This document shows positions 36,261 to 45,802 of a stretch of 64,000 bases of DNA, piece by piece. The DNA is from Zygnema circumcarinatum SAG 698-1b (Eukaryota > Plantae > Zygnematophyceae): assembly GCA_037447605.1 (NCBI GenBank), contig CM074811.1:496001-560000 (forward strand). Direction: 5' to 3'. A program made the translations under genes and the position numbers. Position 1 is the stretch's first letter; the number at the start of each line of letters is the position of its first letter. The notes beneath the pieces are model-generated. The model did no database searches and had not been told where the DNA came from. It worked only from the letters and a program-made list of their open reading frames with translations.

Positions 36261-39200
36261 TACCAAACTGAGTACGCACTAGCATGCACAAGGTAGAAGC
36301 CATAAAGATGCTAGAAGGGAGGGGGGAGCAGTGGTGGGACTAAAGATGCTGGAAACCCTAAAACACCCTTCAAACAAGAAGTGCTGGTTGCAGAAAATAC
36401 GAGTTACTAATTTGTAAGTAGAAGAAGGAGATGAGGGGGAGATGAGGGGGGAGATGAGGCGGAGATGAGGAGGAGGCTGAGGAGGAGGAGGGCAGGAGAA
36501 TGGGGAGGAGGAGGAGGAGGGCAAAGTTCTCACCGGCATGGCGGAGCAGCAATGCAAGTGATCAATCAAACTGCCAAAGCACTGCCTGCCTGCATCCGAT
36601 CAGGAACAGCCGCGAAATGTAGAAGAGCTTTAAAAAATGAGGCTTCTAGAAGTATACATAAACAGGATGGCATCAAGCAGGTCATGAAGCAGACATGCAT
36701 CCATCATCCATCGTCCTTCAAAATCAGGAAGAATGTGAAAATCAGATATTGGGGTTGACCATTCAGAGTTGGACTGCTGTCCATCCTTTTCAGGGTTTTC
36801 TCAGAAAATTAGCAAAAGAGTCTCTGGGGAAATCAGCCGGAAGGAAAGGGGGGAGTGGCTTACTTTGTGCTCTTAGCCGGACATGGCTGCGTAGAAAATG
36901 GAGGATGAGAGGGACGCGCCTTCCCGCGCAGATGAGGGCTTTGAGAAAGCGTGAGAGGGAGCAACTGCGAGGAGCGAGAGGGAGGGACGGAGAGGGAGAT
37001 GGCGGAGGGGCTATAATTGGGGCTAAAAACGTTTTGTCATGGAAAGGCAGTCGCTAGAAAAAATGGACAATGCATGAACAAAGCAAACGCGGCCACTTGT
37101 TGAACAAAAGTTTGCAAATGCGAACTTGCCATTCGCTTTAGAGATGAGCCACCGTGCACTAGCAAAGCATGCGCCAGTCCCGTTCTAGCGTCGTTGAAGC
37201 GAGCGACGAGCGCAGCGCAACCAAAGTCGCTGTTGCAGGATCGCTGTCGTTCTGACGCAGTTCCAGTTCCAGTTCCAGTTCCACTCCAGTGTTGGCAGGG
37301 CCTATCGCTGCCCGCCACGTGTCCTATTTGGACGTCCCGTGTCCCCACTAAGAACAGCGCCCTAGCGTCCTGTTCAGACTCTGACCAAATCTCCTGACCA
37401 TCGACAACGGCTAAGGACCGTACAGTGTACTTCACTACGTAGCCTATACCCCCTATTGTACACTACAATCACCACAATTAGTAATTTTTTTACTGGGCGA
37501 TTCTTTAGGTAGCATTGCGCAAGTTGTTGGTCTGTACTGGCCGTCACATTTTTTAGAATAGCAGTACGTTTCTGGGCATAAGGCCGCATTTATAAGACCT
37601 GATGTTGCGCTTTGTTCAACTTGGAAGCAACAACATTTTCATAGCTTTGGTAATCTGCTGGGTAGAAGTTACCGAGCTGATTCGATTGAAAAGTAAAGTA
37701 CTAGCTTTTTGCCAGCAAAACATATGCTCTTTAGGGTAATCCGCAACGGGAATTCCTTGGCTAGACATAATGTCTTCTTCTACTCAATGGTACATATTAG
37801 CGATTCAGCATGAGATTTGAGTGTATCTCTTGTACTCTTAATCATACAATTTTTATCAGCCAACGTAAAGACTGCACCCTTGGCTTTTTTTTTTTTTTTC
37901 GTGGGCTTCTTGGGCTGTGGCTGTCTTGGTAGCCAACTTAATTTTTTGGTACTCCCCCCCCCCGATAAAGTAGCCAAGCTCAATAAAAAACTCAAAAAAT
38001 TAATACGGAAACAAAAAAAATATTCACAAAGTAAAAATAGCGAAAACCTTACTATGCATTTAGGCCTCCCAAACTTCACCTTAAGCACAGAACATTTTCA
38101 AATTTATTAATCCATGGGGCTCATGCTTCCCAGGGCATTAGAATAATGACTATTGATGCTTCTTCATACTGTATGAGTGGTTCAGCACATTGATGACCAT
38201 CCAAGCTGCCAAAGGACTTGAATTTGCCTACTTGACGTAGTAATTGCCTACTAAATGCCAAAAAAAAAAAAATCTGAGCGAGTATATTCTTTGATATGCC
38301 TTTGGAATTGGTATGCTATGCGTATGTGCGTATGTGCTATCTGTTACCCATGTTTGAACACCCGAGCAATTTGCTTAATCTGATTGGTTGCTAAAATAAC
38401 GTAATCCTTCCCGTTGAGAGCAGTTTTATATGCAGCATTACACATGTGTGTAGAGAAAGGAGAAGCGAAATTTAATTTGCATGGTGGTTACCCAAAAATT
38501 GGCCATGCGCGAAGAATATTTGAAGCCAACCAACGTTTTATGGAGGGAAAATAGTTTTTTTAAACGAGTCTTGTAAATACTACACTATTGCTATGTAAGT
38601 AAGAATTTTCTCAATTATTTCATTGGCAAAAGCTTGTTGCAATAAGTAGCGCCTCTTTTTGGTGTCTGCATACATGATGACTTACCATGTTTATGGAAGG
38701 AAAAAAGCTGGGGCTTACTGCGCCGTGGTATTGGGTTTTCCCGACCTGCACCCTCAACTATTTCAGCAGAAAATACAAACCAGGAAAGGGCAGCGCTAAC
38801 CGAATCAATATTTCATTTTAGGGTTTTTGTGGGGCAAGGTATTGCTGGGTCAGTGCTTTTGGGATTTTTCGGGCAAGCCGTCTTTTTTTACCATCCAGCA
38901 ATGCCTCCATTAATTTTTCCCCATGCGCTAGCAAGGCTCTTGTTTGAAATGCCTTATGAGCATCAGATGCTGCCGTTGGGTAAGAGCTGCAAACAGAATG
39001 TGTTGTAGCAGCTTGGCTGCAAACAAGAATAACAATAAAGGATAACATTGCTATGTTAGAGATTTTTATGCGTTCTAAGACAACTTACAGGGAAGCAATA
39101 ACCAAAAATAAATAATAAACGGCCAGGTTCGCCACTGAGAACGACCTCGTGCTGACGTGGCGCACGCTTTCAATGGACCGATCTGACTGACCAGTGTTGA

Positions 39201-40334
39201 ACCCACAGCCGACTGGGCCACGTGGACCATTCCCAGCCCGCCACGTGTCTAAAAGTCGGACGTGCCGGGTCCAGAGACGCAGCCCTCGCCATCAGAACGG
39301 ATCCAAAACAAATTTGCAGAAAGTGAAACTTGATCGCATCGCAGGAGGCACCCTCGCCTACATTCCGCCCATCCCATTCTCCTCCGAGCAGCAGATCGAT
39401 CCGCAGTGCCAGTAACCAAAATGAAGTTGAAAATGTTCCAACTTCTGACCAAAGGCAACTCATAACATTCCATAACACAATTTTCAGCTTATCACATTTC
39501 TCGAAGTTTGAAGGGCGATCATGGTCTGGTGCCCAACCAATGGCCGCGATCGACTGTCTACATAACGCCGCAATGCCAACGAGAAACCAAAGCCGACGAC
39601 GAACCATCCATCTATTTATCCATCCATACATCCATCCATTCACCCCCCAAGCGTGCCTTTATGCATCCCCTGTGCATGCCATTGCCATGGCGCGTCCACT
39701 CCCTCATCATGCCATGCATGTGCAGGTACGCGCACTATTGTAGAGCCATACTAAGTTTGATCGCCTCCTCCTCTGATGGTGAGAAGGAAGGAGGAGAAGC
39801 GTCAAGCGCCCCATGGGCCACTCTCGCATGCGACAAAAGTCGCATGCCTATTCGCACTCGCTGCGGCCGCGGTCGGTCGGTGTTTTGTCGTCTCACAGGC
39901 CCCTGATCCGCCGCTTCAAGGCATGCCTGCATGCAAAAGGAGACCGTTAGGAGCAGGTAGATGAAGGAAGGTGAATCTTGAAAGAAAGGGGGCAAACGAA
40001 TGGAGGAGATTTGAAGTAAAGCATGAAAAGCATCCGTTATTTGAATGCAACAAATGACCTCTCTAGGAATTTGAAGCAATAAGATAACTCTTAGTGTCTT
40101 GTGAAGAGGATTATAACGGATCTCTCGTAAAGCAAAAGCTGACTTCCCATCAGATAGCCTAATGATAACCAAACAGTTATTGAACGCAACGCATCTTCAA
40201 GTTCAACAATTGCGCAGAGTTGAATCCAAACATTCCAAAATGATCAGAAGAAAGACAACACTACGCAGCAAAAGCCATAGGAGGTGTCAAGGGACAAGGC
40301 GAACAGTACCAGCATCGGTAACTGGAGGAGGGGC

Positions 40335-43300
40335 TTAAAAAGAACGGCTCGGAGGGGGACGTCGAGGAGGGGGTCGACGGCTGGGAGGAGGCTTACGTGG
40401 AGGGGGCCTTTTTGAAGGGGGCCGAGGACGGGGAGGAGGTGGACGCGGAGGAGGGGATCGTGAAGCTGCAGAAATGCAGGGCATTGTGTGAGTTTCCGTT
40501 CATAATTAAAGGCGAACTCACTTCTTTCATAACTTACATATTCTAATCGAAACACGTCCTTATAAACGTTTTGGGAAGATGCAGAACGAAATGAAGACCA
40601 GTCAAAATGAAAATAAACTTACTTCAAGACTTCTGACATCGTATTTCATCATCTATGTGCATCTCAGGCTATATGCATCTCCACGAAAAATCAGATTCCG
40701 GTGTCATTTCTCGGGCTACGCAATTTTCTCTTTGAAAAGCAGAAAAGTCAAACTCGCAAGTTATCTAGCTACTGCAACTGTCGACAAGATATGTTGTAGC
40801 TATTGGGTCGAGAAAATTTTGAAGCTAAAACCATGATATCGGAGCAGCACTCGATATATCCTAATAAACTCTGCACCATTTTCTGAAAGGGCTTGCAGAG
40901 TTCACCAAGTTTTCTTACAGTGTGCTTCTGGAAGGTCGAGAATTGAATCTCTTCTATTTGCGGCATCAAATGGATCGCATTCAGTGTGCTCTAACAACAA
41001 CGACAGTGTAAACTTGATAGAAATGCGATAGTTTCCACAACCTATGCCACTCTTTTCTTCACCTTTCTTACGAGTATTTACAAGCAGCAATTTGCAACTG
41101 ACCACACGTGCCCAATGCCAGCGCATATCCCGCGTCGCATGTGCACGTGGCCGTGTCGTAACCGCACGTGCCGCGGCTGCCGCACGCTCCCTCGGGAGAA
41201 CCGCTCTGGCAGAAGGCCGCGCACACTTCCGGAGGTCTCTGATTTGGAGCTGCGCCACATCCTGTGATGTTGCGATAAATGCAGTTGTTGTCATAGGAAT
41301 TGGAGGGGGAGCAATAAGGTTGCCCGTATATTGTAATGTTGATTGGCCCGGAGAAGTAGTTGTCTTGGATCTCCAAGTCATTAGGGGTACCGATCGCAAG
41401 TGCAATGGAGCCAGTCAACTTGTTATTATTCAAGTACCTGATGACATTAAGGGTGGCGCGTTAGAGAGGGAGAGAGAGAGAGGGGAACAGTAAACCAAAA
41501 CCCGTTCAAGTCTTCCTTGTGTTACATCAAATGAAAACTTTCGTTTGTGCTCTCTGCAAAGTCTCTGCCTCCATCTTCACGACCCTACGCAACCTTCAGC
41601 CTTCAAACACTGAAACCCTAAATCTCTAAGCCTTTCCCTACATCCATTCCACCTACAATCCCATAAACCCTGCACTCACTAAATCCCCATGGCTTCTAAA
41701 CCCTTTTACTCATATGCCCCTAAACCCCTTGATTTTTAAGACTTAAAACCTAAAACCCTCAACCCTAGCCCTAATCCGTAAATCCCTAATTCGAAAATCT
41801 GGAATCTCTCGCATGCAAAACTGCGCGTTGTTGTGCATCAAAAAAGCCCGCGCCGTGACAGAAGTGACCATAAATATGAAATCAACTAAAAACTCACGCA
41901 AGCGTGAAATAAATGTGAAGTTTGAGAGGTACGAATGTTTTTTGCCGAGAACCAAAAAATTTCAAATTGCAAATACAGGGTTATCGAAGCAGCGGTGCTT
42001 ACAGGTAATGTAGTTGGGTGAGTTTAGAGATGAAGCCGGACACTCTCCCCTCCAGTTTGTTGCTGCTCAGAACCCTACAGACACACATAACGACGAAAAA
42101 ATTGTCGAAAAGGATATGGCTGGTTCTGGACTGAACACGAGTAAATCAGGTATTCAACTCTTCGTTCTATAGTCGAATTCTCAAACGCAGTCTCACAAAA
42201 AGGCAGTGCGAGATTAAAATTTACTCGCATATAACACCAAAAGTGAAAACAACCACGCGGCGAAGATTTGCCACGCAATCATGGATACACAACATCGAAA
42301 GTTGCTGCTTTGAAAGGTGCAATAAGTCACTACACTTATAAATTTAGAATAAAAGCCATGAAAATTCATATAAATCATACAAATTGGCGAGGTTCCCAAT
42401 AGAGTTTTGGATGACGCCCCTCAGAATCAGTAAAGCGTCTACATCTGATGTATCATCCATCGATCGTCACAAAAGGCTTCACCAGCTCAGCAGATGTTTT
42501 GCATCAAAAATAGAAAAAAAAAATTGAAACTCGGTTGAATGACTGCTCAAATGCAAACCGAAGCTCACGGGCGGAAGGCCTCTTGCAGGCCAACACCGGC
42601 AGGAGGAGGTGCAAGAGTACGGTACGGCGGCATCTGGATTAGAGGAGTGGCGCAAGGAAGAATCTGAAGCGTATCTGGCATTGTGACGTGATTGGTTGGA
42701 AGATTCTCGACACGTCAGTGCGATCTGATACAGGGCGAGGGGCTTTCAGCTTCTTAAATACTTACAAGGAATACAGATTCGTAAGTTTGCCGATAGAGTC
42801 CGGGATAGACCCCGTTAGGGAATTAGAAGCCAAGGTTCTGCCAAAAAGAAAAAAGAATCGGCACTGAATAAACATGCTGCCACGACTAGCATTTCTATCA
42901 CTGGCATTCCTTTGTATGGAAGTTCTATCACTTTCATTTCAGATTTAAGGGAAAAAATGCTTACAATGCGTAAAGATTCACAAGGTTGCCGATAGTATCC
43001 GGAATAGACCCCGTTAGAGAATTTTCATAAAACGATCTGCCAAAAATAAAAAAAAGGCATAGAATAAACATGCTGGCACGACTGGCATTTCTGTCACTGG
43101 AATTTCTCTGTCTGACATTTCTGTCACTTTCATTTCAGATTTATAGGCAAAAATACTTACAATGCTTGTAGATTCGCAAGGTTGCCGATAGAATCCGGGA
43201 TAGACCCCGTAAGGGAATTAGCACCCAAGTCTCTGCCGGAAAAAAAAAAAAAAAGGCACTGAATAAACATGCTACAACGAGAGCATTTCTCTGTATAGCA

Positions 43301-44360
43301 ATTCTATCACGTTTGTTTCAGATTTATGGAGAAAAATACTTACAAAAAATTAACATTCGTAAGGTTGCCGATAGAATCCGGGATAGACCCCGTTAGGGAA
43401 TTTTGATAAAACGATCTGCCAAAAATAAGAAAAAGGGCACTGAATAGACATGCTGCCACAACTAGCATTTCTATCACTGGCATTCCTCTGCCTGACGTTT
43501 CTGTCACTTTCGTTTCAGATTTTTGGGGAAAAATACTTACAATGAGTAAAGATTTGCAAGGTTGCCGATAGAATCCGGAATAGACCCCGTTAGGAAATTA
43601 GCACCCAAGTCTCTGCCAAAAATAAAAAAAATAGGCACTGAATAAGCATGCTGCCACGACTAGCATTTCTATCACTTTCATTTCGGATTTATGAGGAAAA
43701 ACACTTACAATGATTGCAGATTCGCAAGGTTGCCGATGGCAGGTGAAATGCTTCCTTTAACACCATAGAAACTTAAACCTCTGCAAAAAGCAGGTTAGCA
43801 GTGAAAGCGTCAAAAGAAAAAAGGGCCGCGGGCAGTAGAAGGACTGCTCCAGATGGCCCTTAGTAGTCCCTTTTTGAGGAGGCTTCTTCACAGGATCTTC
43901 CTCGCAGCTTCAGGCTGCAGTTCAGCAGCTATGGAATCTGCGGAGCCTCCAACATCACAAGCGGTGTTCAGTCAAAGTGTGGCTCACAGCTCAGTAACGC
44001 GCCCGGTTGCGTCGCATGTGATCCCACTCCATTTGCTGCAGTCGGTTTCACTCGCTGTCCAGGATGTGAGGTTTTGTACGTTGGTGAGTGCCGCTTTGAC
44101 AGCGAGAAGAGCGTCCCCTGCGCCCAAGCGCGAGCAGATGCAGGATTGGATTGAGGCCGCGGTCCGCTTCAAAAAGCACAAACAGAGGCCCCGCCGCGGG
44201 CAGGCCGCCTCTCCCCTTCTTCCATAGAGGGCGGGCGGGCGGGCCGCGGCGGCTCACTGTCTCGCGGGTCGATGGCCTGAGCGGCGGCTTCGCGCGGGGC
44301 GGCGGCGGCGGCAAAGAGGAGGAGCGCCGCCGCGAGAGAGAGAGACCGCGCGCGCGCCAT
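40335..44360 (-). CDS. Secreted LRR-EGF-like-Pro/Arg-rich protein, paralogue A (7 single-LRR exons)
   Basis: Exons: signal 44360-44258; LRRNT 44117-43988 (RDALLAVKAAL..LTSW..DCSKWSGITCDATGRVTEL); 72-nt LRR exons at 43780-43709, 43612-43541, 43415-43344, 43232-43161, 43036-42965, 42837-42766 and 42074-42003; LRR + Cys cap + EGF-like exon 41437-41103 (CGSRGTCGYDTATCTCDAGYALALGTC); possible exon 40990-40919; final exon 40465-40335 (SRSPPPRPPPPRPRPP..RSF*). All junctions are GT-AG and in frame. Confidence 0.85.
42766..43780 (-). repeat. Tandem exon-intron array, 6 units of about 170-200 bp, each with one 72-nt LRR exon
   Basis: Each unit contains CAG|A..TCCCTAACGGGGTCTATCCCGGATTCTATCGGCAACCTT..TT|GTAAG on the minus strand, encoding xLxxNSLTGSIPDSIGNLxNLxxL. 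Confidence 0.92.
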
Positions 44361-44520
44361 CGCGGCCAAGCGCCCGCCGGAGACACCAGGGGACGGGACG
44401 CGGGGGCGGCCAGAGGCGAGGAGAGGGCGGGGAGGGGCGGGAGGGAGGGGCCTGCGGGGAGGGAGGGCGCCTTCCTCCGCCATGGCTTGGGACAGCGACG
44501 GACGACGGCTCGCTGGCGTG

Positions 44521-44935
44521 GGGTTATTATTATACTATGGCACCGCCATACTTTGTACGGATGACGGTCTCGATGCACCGACACGATGTACTGTACCGTC
44601 AGGATGCTTCCACCGACATTGTTAAATACGGCACCGACATCACAAGCGGAGGACGCAAGCCAAAATGGACGCTGTGGACCAATCAGCGTCGGTCAATGAA
44701 ATTCGACGGTGACGCTTTGTTCTTGGGATGATTATATACTATGGGACCATCATACTTCGTACGGACGGCTGTCTCGATCGACCGACATGATGTACCATCA
44801 GGATGCTTCCACCGACATTTTTACATTATGGCACCGACATCACAGGCGGAGGCCGCGAGCCCATGAGAGCTGTAGACCAATCAGAGTCGGTCAATGAAAT
44901 TCGACGGTGACGCGTTGACTTGGGACGGTTATTAT
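44521..44935. repeat. Degenerate tandem duplication, about 205 bp x2, upstream of LRR paralogue A
   Basis: The blocks 'tatactatgg..ccatact..gtacgga', 'caggatgcttccaccgacatt', 'ggcaccgacatcaca' and 'gtcggtcaatgaaattcgacggtgacgc' each occur twice, about 205 bp apart. Confidence 0.8.
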
Positions 44936-45802
44936 AGGGTAGTGTTAAATCCACCCCTTTTTTTCGATCGACACACCCCTTTTCCGCTGGGCAGATTTAA
45001 AAAAAAACACAAACGGAAAATGCTTTTTTCACACCTTTTTAGAATCGATACAACACCTTTTTCCGTCGGGCAGATTTTATTTTACAAAAAAAAGGTCGAA
45101 ACCCTGAAGAATGCGTCTGCCCTGCCACAAGATATACAGTACCCCCCCCCCAATATTTTCCACCCTAGTACTTGCGTTTCCCAAGAAATTCGCCATGATT
45201 TTGCCGAAAACCACTTTTAGTATGGTAAGTCAATGTTATTGTATTAGGGGTGTAACCTAACCTGACCTATTTCTCAACACAAAATCTGTTAATCGAAACG
45301 GATTTGGGACGGAACATGGGTCACGCTATTCCGCTGTAATATAAGTACGGATAAAATCTTTAAATCGTACGGTATACGTACGGCGCCAATAGGAGCTCGC
45401 GACAGGGCCCGGCGGGCGGCCATGTGCTTCCGTACTATAGATCCGTATTATACAATTTAAGGTTCGATACAATGTATAATACAGTATTAATACTGTATTA
45501 TACACTGTATAATACCTTAACGCAACTGTTAACAGCCGTACAATCGGAACATAGATCCGTACGGCAATTATGTACGAAATTAGTGTACGAACACGTACGG
45601 ATCAAGTCACACGTGTTGAGTGTTTGGCAAGTGACGTGACTTGGAAAGTGCTGGAATTTCAATATTATAATCAAATTTTGTTCAGCTAACCACGAAAATA
45701 AAAAAAATACGTTAAATACATTAAAAATACACTGTATTTTTAAAATGTTGTATAATACGCATGTATTATACAGTGTATTAATACACGCGTTTGATACACA
45801 CG

